A DNA stretch of 64,000 nt from Octopus sinensis (lineage: Eukaryota): assembly GCF_006345805.1 (NCBI RefSeq), contig NC_043019.1:310001-374000 (forward strand), written 5' to 3'. Every line of letters begins with the position of its first letter. The stretch's first letter is position 1. This document shows positions 36,846 through 49,845 of the stretch, piece after piece. A program made the position numbers and the translations under genes. The notes beneath the pieces are model-generated. The model made no database searches. It worked only from the letters and a program-made list of their open reading frames with translations, and had not been told where the DNA came from.

Positions 36846-37766
36846 TCAATTTTTTCAACAACCAGATTAACTTTATGAAAGGAAAGCTTTAGATAACTAA
36901 GAACATATGATCCTATATGCTACACATGACGTATTTCTCTGGTGTCCATGCACCATAGAGTGGCTTCAAATTTTAACATAGAACCAGTAATTTCGGGGGA
37001 GAGGTTAAGTCGGTTACATCGGCCCCGGTGCTCAACTGGTACTTCTTTTATCGACCTTGGTGGTATTTGAACTCAGAACGCAAACTCAGAAGAAATGCTA
37101 TTAAACGTTTTCTCTCGGCGCGGTAACGATTCTGCCAGCTTGCCGTCTTATCCATGCATCATCTCTCTGTATTGAAGTCGTCTGTGTATGGCAGGTTTGG
37201 TAGCCTTTCACTAACACTATCTCCTCCAAGACCCTGCGGTGCAAGTTGACCAAAATTGAGAGTATGATAGAAGAAGGCTTGCTCTTCCTTCCGTAGAAGA
37301 AAAAAATCAAATCGGACCATGTTAACACCAAAAATTATTTATATCAAAAAGGTGCTTCTTTTCTATGAAAATCCCTATTTTTTTACTATTTTTTGACTGT
37401 GTATTTCAACCAGAAAAAAATGTTCACTTAAAGAGAATAACAAGCTACATAATGCAAAACTTTTACTTTTCAAAAATTCCAATGCTAAAGAGGCGAAACA
37501 AACCCGAGCAACGCCAGGCGATACTGCTAGTATATGATACGAATTCTCAATGAATTTTTTTTTCAGCTGCCAGAGTAATTCTGGACGTTCGAAAAGAAAA
37601 AAAGCTTTATATTAACCAGAACATGAAACAGTATCTAACTAAAATACTGAAAACAGACATGGACGTTTAGTAAAAAAAACTTGTGAAAATGCTTTGGACA
37701 AGCAAAGAGTTGAATACTTTTAGGAATAAAAAGAAAAATTCGCAACAAAACAGTATTTTTATTTAC

Positions 37767-37868
37767 CTTAATTTTTATATCTGCTTTCGCTTCAAAAGAA
37801 TTGGTGTTCAAATCCCAGTTGAAATTCAATTCGTATTTCTCAGGAACAACTATGATTGATTCAGCCAT
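37767..37868 (-). CDS. Exon 1 of divergent M1 aminopeptidase (NPEPPS-like): MAESIIVVPEKYELNFNWDLNTNSFEAKADIKIK
   Basis: ATG in AGCATGG context with an in-frame TAA 4 codons upstream; 102 bp; ends AAG|GTAAAT (phase 0). The P..Y.L....DL....F pattern matches the first strands of the M1 N-terminal domain. Confidence 0.85.
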
Positions 37869-38130
37869 GCTTTGTACTTAACAACGGTGAGATAAGATAA
37901 GTGACTGGTGAAGAATTCCACAAAGTGATTTGGTCTTTATAAAAGAGTGTTACTGGGTGGTGACGGGGCTTATTAGGGCAACATCAGTAATGTAGGAGTA
38001 AAACTATATTGTTAACGTGAAGGTAACACTGTTTTGTGAAAGTGGGTCTCATTCTCAAGGACTTTATTCTTTCAAACTGAAAGGAAAAAATATGGCGGAA
38101 TTGGGACGTAATCTCATGTTGACGTCATAA
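37869..38130 (-). promoter_or_regulatory. Putative promoter / 5'UTR of the aminopeptidase gene
   Basis: TATA-like TTTTATAAAG ~70 bp upstream of the ATG, tandem GATA sites (AGATAAGATAAG on +), CRE palindrome TGACGTCA at 38120-38127, YY1-like AATATGGCGG at 38089-38098. Motif matches only. Confidence 0.4.
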
Positions 38131-38374
38131 ATGTGTGTAACGTGTCACGAAATGAAAACAAAAACATATATACATTTGTAGCTTACTAACTTGACGTTTA
38201 TATACACATACATATAGACATACAAATAGACACACAAATATATGCATTTATCTATATTCCATAAAACTTTCCTCGAATTTAGAATTATATCAATATATGT
38301 CAGAGTTTTGAATACTATGAAAGACATAGATACATACATGTATTACATGTGTGTGTGTGTGTGTGTTTTTCAGC

Positions 38375-38438
<64 letters not shown>

Positions 38439-38654
38439 GTCTGTCTGTCTGTATGTATGTCTCTCTGTCTCTCTCTCTGTTTCTCTCTGTCTCTCTCTGT
38501 CTCTCTCTCTGTCTGTCTCTCTCTCTCTATATATATAATAATCTCTATACACACATATATAATTATATATATGTTACACAAGCACACACACACATATATA
38601 TACTTGTATGTATGTATACATGCATACACATATGCATAAATACACACACACACG

Positions 38655-38687
<33 letters not shown>

Positions 38688-39504
38688 TGTTTGTGTGTGT
38701 GTGAGGGAGAGAGAGAAAGAGAGTGAGAGATAGAGAGAAAGGGAGAGAATAACATAGCAAAGTCAAATAAAGTAGGCTTTAATTCTCTTCCATAATTTAC
38801 AAAATATATATGCTATTCTTTCATCTCCTGCTGTTTGAAATTTTTACTTTGCATTTATCGTTCGCGCTTGTTTCAAACAACTCATTAAAACAAATCATAA
38901 TACTTTATACAAACTATATATATAAAAAAAAATTATATTTCCATGGTATAAATTAAGAGATTTATGGGGAATATTAAAAGCAAACCTCGTAGATTTTTCT
39001 TATGCTTTTCATTAACAATATTGTTAGAAATGTTATTTCGCTTTCGAAAATGCTATTGTTTGATAGTTTCTGTTGTTAATTACCAACTCTATTAGTTGTA
39101 GTTGTTTCTCTCTAAAGCTAGAAGCAGTTTGTTATATTCTACAGTCAATATCCCTTATTGTGGTTGATTGAAATAACATTTTTAATAGCTACACTGCCTC
39201 AAGTAATATAGAAAGACTTTTCACAAGTTACATTTATGAATCATAATTAGGAGTACGTTTCGTTAAAGATCAAAAAATGTTCAACTGTTGTTTAAACACT
39301 ACAATTATTTTTCATGTTATATTAAAGGTGTTAAAAGTGAAATCGGTGGGAAACGTGGCGTGGATTAGAGTTGGGAACGATTAGTGTTGGAATTGATTAA
39401 TATTAAACAGAAGTATACTTTGCTGAATATCAGAAAGTTCAAATCTAACGTTTCAGGTACGTATCCTTTATGAAGGAGTAAAATAAAATGGCTTTGTTGG
39501 CTTG

Positions 39505-39541
<37 letters not shown>

Positions 39542-39577
39542 ATCTGTAGAAGAATATGTAAATGGATGAATGAATAA

Positions 39578-39675
39578 TCCTTTGTTTACCTGATGAGAAG
39601 ATTGCATTTTACACCGTTTATTCCTTTGGAATAAAACCAATGTTGTCTTCGAAACATATGTCGAAAGTAAAAGAA
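39578..39675 (+). ncRNA. Hammerhead homolog with degraded stem I
   Basis: CTGATGA-GAAGA...TCTTC-GAAAC-ATAT-GTC is intact; stem I pairing is poor. Confidence 0.5.
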
Positions 39676-39731
39676 TTTTAATAACATCTGCTTTCAACTC
39701 CATTTATTACTTATATTATATATATATATAT

Positions 39732-39775
<44 letters not shown>

Positions 39776-39848
39776 ATATATATATATATATACACACACA
39801 ATAATGTCTATACACACATATATAATTATATATTATATATATGTTACA

Positions 39849-39892
<44 letters not shown>

Positions 39893-40312
39893 CTTGTATG
39901 TATGTGTACATGCATACACATATGCATAAATACACACACGCGCGCACACACACATACACACATATATATATATATGTGCTTGTGTTTGAGGGAGAGAGAG
40001 AGAGAGAGAAAGGGAGAAAATAACATAGCAAAGTCTTATTGTTCCAGGAAATGTTCGGCCGTCGGTGCGATGAGGGCTGCCTTGTCACCCTTAAAGATGA
40101 ATGATTTGCGCGGTGACTTTGTTTAAAGTGAAGAAGAGTTATCTCTCCGTCATCTTCAGTCTCTCGCCCTTAACCATCTTCAACCCAGTGGCAAGATCAG
40201 ATCAAGACGACTGTGGATGGAGACGGATGCAGTTGAGGGCCAAGACGAAGATGTCACTTACGACTCTGCGTTAGGAATTGAAATCTCGTCGAGGTCAACT
40301 TCGTCCTTTATT

Positions 40313-40412
40313 NNNNNNNNNNNNNNNNNNNNNNNNNNNNNNNNNNNNNNNNNNNNNNNNNNNNNNNNNNNNNNNNNNNNNNNNNNNNNNNNNNNNNNNN
40401 NNNNNNNNNNNN
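40313..40412. other. Assembly gap (100 N)
   Basis: Run of N. Confidence 1.
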
Positions 40413-41769
40413 GACGAATTGTAATGGGCAACGCCTGGGAGAAATTTTGAAAGTATATAGAATAAATAGAAGAGAAGAAAATAGCAGAAGAGAAAAAAAA
40501 AGTGTCGAGTGGCGGTATATAATATATATATATATATATATATCAAAGTAAGCAACAGGATATCAAGTAGTTATGCAGTATGACCGTTTCAAGTGACTCC
40601 ATTTAATTGAACAATTTTATCATTACATCAATTTAAATGAAGTGCTATCTTCAGCTGCATAAAATACAGATTTTTTTAACAAGTAGAGTCCCAGATGAAC
40701 CTACCTCACGGCAAGACGTGCAAATGAGAGTAGCTATATCAAACTCCATTCTTCACCAAGTGCCACATATTAGACGAGGTTCTTCGTAATAACAGTGTAG
40801 CACAAAACGGCGGTGCATCAGCATGGCCGCAGCTCTGAGCTGAAACTAGAGAAAAAAAAAGTAGGTCACATTAATATAATTTTTCGTAAATATTTTAACA
40901 GAGTAAGAAGATGGAAGACATTCTTGTTGTCTCTATTGTAGCAGAATAGCTAAGAATAGACGACAATTGCTTAGAATCGCATGGAGCATAGTGAGGTTAT
41001 AGGGTTGTAAAGCATGTAATTCATTTCTAATTCATTTATCTATTTATCCTCTATTAAATCCGAGACTAGAAGACTATGTCTATTTTAAATAAAGAACAAG
41101 AGTGAGTTGTCAGCTCATAGCCAGGTATAGTCATAAATATTATCATAGTTATCCCTTTTCCCCAAGAGAAAGGAAATAAGTCAATTTGATAGAAGTAACT
41201 GTGTATAAAAACGAGGCAAGTTATGGGGTAGACTTTAAATCATGATGTTAATTACCAGTTAAAGGGGCAAGACAGTAAGAAAATTTACCAGTTAAAGGGG
41301 CAAGACACTATAAAACTTAAGGTGCTAATACAAGGAAAATTTTATGAGGGGCACGATGGGGGAACTTTTAAAAACAATATTGTTATGTTGTACAAAAATA
41401 AAATTTAAGACTTACAAAATGATATCATAAACAAAATAGCTAAAAGGTGTGTATGTATCATTCATAAACATTAAAACGGAAGATTATGTAGAATCAGAGT
41501 AATAGCCATTCTTATGCTAAATTAATTATTAGGTGTTTTCGATAAAGACTGCTCAAGGCACTTACATATGGAATATCTGGAAAGATATACTATATATTAA
41601 TTTTAAGCCATGAATCAGAAACAGGATATTAAGATAATGGAAGTACATAAAAATATTTAAACAAAAATTATAAAAATCTAAAGTTTAAATATATATAAAC
41701 ACTCGAAAACCATGTGCTGATATAAATATGTGTAAAGTGTAAAATGATGCAAATAGATACAATACAAAG

Positions 41770-41809
<40 letters not shown>

Positions 41810-42344
41810 ATATATTATATATATATATATATATATATAAATATAACCCACTTTTAATTTTAAGCCATGAATATTAAGATAATGGAAATACATAGAAAGT
41901 GTGCAGTATGTATGTTATGTATATATATATATATATATTATATATATATATACACATGCACACACACACACATATATGTGTATATATGCATATATACATA
42001 TACACAAATATTTATACGCTAAGATGAATACATTACAAGTATCTTGCATAGATCGAAGTAACTGAAAAATATCAATTTAAGAAGAAGAAAAATAACAATT
42101 TATAACGGATAAGAGGTTAGTAAGTAAGGATATCAAAATAAGGAATCAAAATAATAAGAATTTATAGACAATAATAAGAGACACATATAAACTACATATC
42201 TGGGACCATAAACATTTTCAGAACCTTCTTAAGATTTAAACGATGATGGTTAAAGCAAGATGCTTTCCTTCGCAACCTTGATATTAAGTTGGTGGCTGGG
42301 GCCAAAATGTATTCTAAATTAAAAAGAGAAAGAGAATATATATA

Positions 42345-42750
42345 TACTCTTTTACTTGTTTCAGTCATTTGACTGCGGCCATGCTGGAGCACCGCCTTTA
42401 ATCGAGCAACTCGACCCCGGGACTTATTCTTTTGTAAACCCAGTACTTATTCTATCATTCTCTTTTGCCGAACCGCTAAGTGACGGGGACATAAACACAC
42501 CAGCATCGGTTGTCAAGCAATGCTAGGGGGACAAACACAGACACACAAACATACACGCACACACACATATATATATATACATATATACGACGGGCTTCTT
42601 TCAGTTTCCGTCTACCAAATCCACTCACAAGGCTTTGGTTGACCCGAGGCTATAGTAGAAGACACTTGCACAAGCTGCCACGCAGTGGGACTGAACCCGG
42701 AACCATGTGGCTGGTAAGCAAGCTACTTACCACACAGCCACTCCTGCGCC
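42345..42750 (-). mobile_element. SINE family C, full length
   Basis: Reverse full-length match with an internal (CA)/(TA) tract. Confidence 0.85.
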
Positions 42751-43121
42751 TACATATATACATATATATAGATATATATACATACATAGTACAATATAAT
42801 AAACACATACATATTTACATACACACACACACACACATATATATCTATATATATGTATGTGTGTGTGTCTGTGTGTGTGTGTGTTTATGTATGTATATAT
42901 ATATATATATATGCAATAAGTGTGAAGAGGGGAAAGAGAGAAAGAGAAAGAGGGAGAGAGCAATAACAAGACAAAAATCTTATAGAGAGGAAAAGGAAAG
43001 TCTAAGGAACGTTGAGAATGAATAGTCTGTTTCTGTCTGTTTGTCTCTCTCTATACCTACCTACCTACATACATACCTCACCACACACAAACACACACAC
43101 ACCACACACACACATATACAT

Positions 43122-43184
<63 letters not shown>

Positions 43185-43442
43185 ATAGAGAGAGAGAACA
43201 ACAGACAGAAACAGACTATTCATATATATATATATATATATAATATATATATACATACATATATATATATATATGTATATATTACACATATATTATTTAC
43301 ATATAAATTATATATATATATACATACATATATATATATGTATATATATATATTATATATATATATATGTATATTATATATACATACATATATATATATA
43401 TTATATATATATATATATAATATATATATATAATATATAATA

Positions 43443-43476
<34 letters not shown>

Positions 43477-43982
43477 CATATATGCACAATCATACAAAAT
43501 AGCGAGCTGAAGTATCAACATGATAAAACAAAAATGTATCCACGACATTTAAGACTGACCTCATTCTTCATACATCGTTAAATTCTAATGCGTTACTATA
43601 ATTCAAGCAATGATGACAGCGCCATCTTATATGAGTACACGAAATCAGCTCAAATAAGAGATGAAAGCAGCATATTCAGAACTGTAATGAGCAGAAACGC
43701 GTAAACGTAACTTGTGTCTCGTAACTTATTGCTATTTAGCAGCTGCTTCAGTGGAATGAAAACGTAGCCATAAATAGCATACACTATTAATATGAATAAT
43801 TAATTTAATGGTAGAGGCTTATCCATTCCGCCTGATGACAAATGTGTTTGTGTACAATTCTAATTCGTAAATTAATAATGTCAAATTTACGCTCTTCCTT
43901 GAATAAATTTGTCGTTGTATCAGCGTGTATGTATGTATGTGTGCGCACCTCCGCATGCATATAAATATTTACACACACACAC

Positions 43983-44034
<52 letters not shown>

Positions 44035-44082
44035 ATATTTATATCTATATATATATATAATATATATATTGATATATATATA

Positions 44083-44128
<46 letters not shown>

Positions 44129-44254
44129 TATATATATATCCGTGATCACCGTGACCGACCAGGTTATCAGATGTTGCTACACATCGCTGGTCACCAATGC
44201 GCTCGCATTGTTTTAGTCTTCAAATGACTCCACCCCGCTGGCTAAGCGAGCAGG

Positions 44255-44296
<42 letters not shown>

Positions 44297-44300
44297 ATAT

Positions 44301-44915
44301 GGTAGTTGACTACTCCTTATGCAGAGTTTGACAACCTCCTGTACCTACACCTTAGCACCATCATGGCATCTGATCTGGCTTTTTTTGATAGATTTGAACC
44401 TCCGATTTGGACCACCAAGACCTGCAGATTACACATTTTACCACGAGCATCATAATCTTCCGTTTGAAGCTCTTGAACAACCTGAACTCGGTACGATTAG
44501 AGCTTTTTCACCCTTCGGAACATCAACTGAATCGAGCTTTTGCTCCTTGAGTTCAGTGTTTTCATCAGTGGTGGTAGTAGGAGGCCTTCCACGGCGTGGT
44601 TTGTCAACAACAGATCCTGTTTCGAGACACTTTCTACGGGTAGCATAAATTGTGCTACGTGTTGGAGCAGAGTGACGGCCACAAGCTTTCTCAAACTTGT
44701 GCTGAACTGCAGTAGGAAACTGTAAAACATTTAGCCAGGCGGCAATTTTGCACCGCTGCTCTAATGTCAATTGTTGAGCCATGGGCAAGGGAATAATACA
44801 TTTACAAAAACTGCAAAGTCTAAGGTGTCAAGTGCTGGTGGCCTCACGTCTCTCCGAACGACATATGAAGCGAAATAGGAAGAGAAATGTGTATAGTAAC
44901 TTTTGGGACCCCCTG
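44301..44915 (-). mobile_element. Internally deleted Tc1/mariner (maT-like) transposon with N-terminal HTH
   Basis: TA|CAGGGGGTCCCAAAAGT terminus; ORF 44450-44788 LTLEQRCKIAAW...APTRSTIY...ETGSVVDKPRRGRP is a typical transposase DNA-binding domain. No DDE core and only one TIR seen. Confidence 0.85.
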
Positions 44916-45695
44916 TATATGTATAAACAGAAATATTAATGCACTCAGATTCATTCGTAAGAATACATATCAACCTGTATAATCAGATATATTTCCAACT
45001 GTAGCTCACTCTATATTATTCTGCCTCACAATGTCTCCAATTTATGCAGCTCTGTATGCACGTAATACACCCCAAAACACACATATACATTAATTTGAAA
45101 TGCCTACACATACACATACACACACACACACAGAATTCTGACATATATATCCTTACGTGTGTATATAAAGTATTTCAAATTATTTCTTATCATTCACATA
45201 AATTATTATGGAAATCAAACTCTATTAGGTTAAAATCATATCTTTCTGTGATATAGGAATATGTAATTTATGTATATATTCGATAAAGTTCAACTAATTT
45301 GCTGTATTTTCGTAAATTTTTCCTTCATTCATATCTATAAACACATTCTTGTTTGAAGCTAAGAATATTAAAATCAATATTTTGTTCAATAGATTTTTCT
45401 GTTGGCATTTTATTAACCTCAGTGACTATAAATCATAAATATCATAAAACTTTTGGAACAAGAAATAATGCATGATTACGTCACTGGAATAGATATAAAT
45501 GGACGTTTTTTCTACAGATGTGAGTGATGTTCTCTACTTATCTGTTAGTTCAGAAGCTTCCGAAACTTCAGAGAAAGTTTCATGTACTTTTTATGACAAG
45601 CATTTGTAAACAGTACCTAGTTCGGCATTTAAGATCATGGATAGCGGTGCAAGAAACCATCGCGGGAACCTCTACGTATTCTATAAACCTGTACA

Positions 45696-45911
45696 AGAAG
45701 GTGGTGTGCTGAAAAGTCCCTAGTTGTAAGAGTATGTTGAAAGACCTGGTTGGAGGTCCAAATTTTCCTGAGTTCTTTTGCAGGGCTTAGAAAAACTGAG
45801 GGACCGCTACAGTGTGTGAATCCGAGAGGTATATGTTAAATGAAGTCATAATTAGCTGGTCTTCCTTTATTTTCTTTTACCTAAAGCCAGAAATTTTTCA
45901 GCAACCCTTCA
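45696..45911. mobile_element. Mariner-derived MITE retaining a transposase C-terminal remnant
   Basis: TIR-like GAAGGTGGTGTGCTGAAAAGT / ATTTTTCAGCAACCCTTC; interior reads GLEKLRDRY. Confidence 0.6.
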
Positions 45912-46043
45912 GAAGAATTAGCTTTTTCTATACTATCTGTCACACACACACACGCACACACACACCACACACACACACATATATATATATATAGGGTTAT
46001 ATATATAGATATATATATATATATATGTATATGTATATATATG

Positions 46044-46095
<52 letters not shown>

Positions 46096-46113
46096 ATATA
46101 TTAAATATATATG

Positions 46114-46148
<35 letters not shown>

Positions 46149-46890
46149 CTATATATAGTATATGTATATATAGGGTTTTATATATATATATATAAGTAAA
46201 TACATGGTTTTGAACGAAGATGTTATTAAAATTCTTTTAATTCCGACATATAAAACCAATGTTGTCTTCGAAACATATGTCGAAAGTAAAAGAATTTTAA
46301 TAACATCTTCGTTCAACTCCATTTATTTACTTATACTACACAAATTACAATAACAATTTACCCGGAGTTTATACCTTTGAATAGGTCGCTTCATCCTTGT
46401 TACTTGTGTGAATTTTGCTACCCTGGTAACTGTTTATTGAAGTGTCCATATTAACGGTAAACAAAGGAAAATTCATTCATCCATTTATATATATATATCT
46501 GTGTTATATATATTATATATATATATTATATATATGAAAAAATCGACCCTAGTATTTATTGTTATTATAGTCTCGTCTCTCAGCCTCTTTTGCCGAACTG
46601 CTAAGTTAAGGGGTCGTTAACAATCTACCACCGGTTGTGAAGTGGTGGTGGGGCGAATAGAAACACAAAAACACATGCGCACTTATATATAACGGGCTCT
46701 TACACAGTTTCCATTTACCAAATTCCTCCCAGAAGAAATTTGTTCGCCACACACCTGAACACGATGCCGAGCTGAGGGACTGATCCCGAACATAAACCCG
46801 TATAAAATAGAAAATAATATGAAGGTTATCAATAACTTTATTTTCTGATTTCGGTGATTTTGTATAATTATCATTTCATATATAAATTTT

Positions 46891-46976
<86 letters not shown>

Positions 46977-47338
46977 AATGTATGTACATGTATGTATATA
47001 TTATATTATGGATATGGAGTTGTATGTTTACATGTGACATATAATTATGTCAGTGCGTGTGTGTGTTTGTGTCTGTATAAATACATACATACATATGCAT
47101 GTATATATATATATATATATATAAATACACAATATATATATATACATGTATATATATATATGTTTGTATTTCCGCACGCGTGCATGTATGCACACACTTA
47201 TACATGCACAAGCTTGAATGGACGTTGCTTATTGTATTCATCTTTTCTTTAACAGACTCGCTGAGTGTTCAAATGTTACCCACCTTCGCAATCTTCGTGG
47301 TGAGTATATATGTAGGCATATTTGAATGCATCTATCTG

Positions 47339-47428
<90 letters not shown>

Positions 47429-47710
47429 GGGGGATGAAAAGAACAAAAAACAAAAAACAAAAGAAACAAAAAAAAGTTGGCGTAGGTTTTCGATCAAAAG
47501 GGATCGTAAAGGGAAAAAAAGGAACAAAAAATAAAGAAAAAAAGAAAAAAAAGAAAAGAAGGAAAAGGAACAAAAGAAAAGAGAAATGAAAAAAAGAAGA
47601 AAAAAGGGGGAAAAAGGGGAAGAGGAAAACAAAACGATCAATAGAAAAGAAAAGCTCTACTTTGTAACTTGTCCCATCTGTGTGCAGCCCTGTGTGGCCA
47701 TTAAAGAAAC

Positions 47711-47798
<88 letters not shown>

Positions 47799-48486
47799 GC
47801 ATGTATCTATCTTTCTATCTGTCTACATATATATGTGTTTGCTTGTGTTAGTGAGTGTGTAGTGTGTGTGTGTGTGTGTATTTGTATACACACAGGTACC
47901 ACACACAGAAACAAACACAAAGTAACATATGCACCCATCTCTGCATATATGTATGATATACATACATACAAACATACACACACATATATACTTACATACA
48001 AACATACACACACATATATACTTACATACATACACACATACATACATATAAATGTTTGTGAGTGTGTCTATATATCATACAACTATACACACTCCCACGT
48101 ACATATGCTACAACTTCGATTACCATCACAGCCACCACTAACGCTAACAAAAAAACCTACCATAGTTTAATGTTGCTATGTATGTAGAGATTATGCTAGG
48201 AGCTTAGACAGCGAACAGAGAACAGTCTGGGAGATTATTTCACAATGTTTTGTGTTTTAATAACAATAAACTCTTAAGCCGCACCAAAATATTCAGCCAT
48301 GGGAGAAAATTTGACGTATGATCATACACTGTATCTTCAGTAATAAATTCTGTAAAATGCGTTCACCTAACTTTGATTGACGCATAACCAAATTTGAAAT
48401 TACACCTCCATTTTGCTGAGTAAGCATTTTACTAAATTTCCATTTGCAGGGTATAAGCTATTTTTTCTCATATATTGTTATCATTA

Positions 48487-48534
<48 letters not shown>

Positions 48535-48578
48535 TATTATTGTTATTATTATTACTATTATTATTGTTATTATTATTA

Positions 48579-48624
<46 letters not shown>

Positions 48625-48659
48625 CATTATTATTATTATTATTATTATTATTGTTGTTG

Positions 48660-49300
48660 TTGTTGTTTTTCTTTTTCTTCCTTCTTCAAGTTTGCTTCCA
48701 TTTCTCGCCGAGTGTTTTCCGTACACCTAGGGCAGAGGAGCTCATTGCATGCATTTCCAGATTACACACACAAATTCACAGGTAAAATATGTATTTCAAA
48801 AATTAATAAATAAATGAATTCATGAATGGATGTTCTTTTCACAGCGATAATGCTCTTCTCAGTACATGCGTCGTTCCAGTTAACACGATTTTTTCCACTT
48901 CCTGTAGGGATGGTAAGCCTGGTATCATTTCCAAATAGGTTTCAGTACCTCTTTTAATCATTCCTAGAGATCCGACAATCACGGGTACTGTAGTCGCCTT
49001 GAGATGCCGCATTTTTTCAATTTCTATTAGCAAGTCTTTATATTTACTGATCTTGTCAAATTCTTTCGCCGCTATATTGTCATCACAAGGAATACTCATA
49101 TCAATTAATAAACACACCTTTTTTGTCTGATCTTTTATAATAATATCCGGTTTATTAGCTTTTATATTTTTGTCGATATGTACGAGGAAGTCCCAGAGAA
49201 TCGACACATTTTCTCCCTCTGTCACCGATAAGATACTGAAATCTGGTGTTACCAATTCTGTGTACATATCGAGCCAACGGAGGAATTCTGCCTTGTCGCT
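48660..49300 (-). mobile_element. 5'-truncated RLE-type non-LTR retrotransposon (R4/Dong-like)
   Basis: ORF 48839-49267 KPDIIIKD...IDMSIP.D.NI..KEFDKISKYKDL...VPVIVGSLG is a restriction-like endonuclease domain; the ~170 bp 3'UTR runs into (ACA)n(TAA)n. Confidence 0.88.
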
Positions 49301-49652
49301 GCGGTTTCCAAGAAATAGCAGAGAAATATCTCTGAATTGAGATCCACCTAGCTTTGAAAATAAGTACTTGAGACACAGTTTATTGTAGTATTAAAAATGT
49401 GTTGCTTGAATAAAAACAAAGCAAAAAATAGAAAACAGATGAGATGGTCGTTTTTGGATTGTGTTTCATTATTAGTATGCGAAATCGGAAGTAATATCTG
49501 GCTAAACAACATCAACATCCACACCACTCATTTTTTGCATTGACCATCCAATAAATGTGTAATTATATATTTACTGTATATCTGCCTTTTTCTAATTAAT
49601 TTTTATATATTGTATATTTTTATAGCTTGCTCATCATATAAATTTTTATATA

Positions 49653-49845
49653 TCTATCTATCCGCTCAGTCGAAGTCGACTCTCGGTTACTCGTTGGATC
49701 AGTGTCCTCCAGTCAGTTCTATCCTGGGCCGCTTCTTTCAGATTGGCTATGTCCATTCCGGTATCCCTCTTGATGGTGTCAAGCCAGCGGGTTCTTGGTC
49801 AGCCACTTCCTCTCTTGCCACTGACCATTCCGAGCATGATGTCCT
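49653..49845 (-). mobile_element. RTE-clade LINE 3' fragment with GATA tail
   Basis: Reads KDIMLGMVSGKRGSG*PRTRWLDTIKRD...AAQDRTDWR; TSD TAAATTTTTATATA (49639-49652, 49846-49859). Confidence 0.85.

Noticed and set aside
40217-40555. ORFs spanning the N gap
   Set aside because: Open only because N codons are untranslatable.
47427-47660. Lysine-rich ORFs and a purine-rich inverted match to 54010-54130
   Set aside because: Homopolymer-smeared low-complexity sequence beside microsatellites, probably poor consensus quality.
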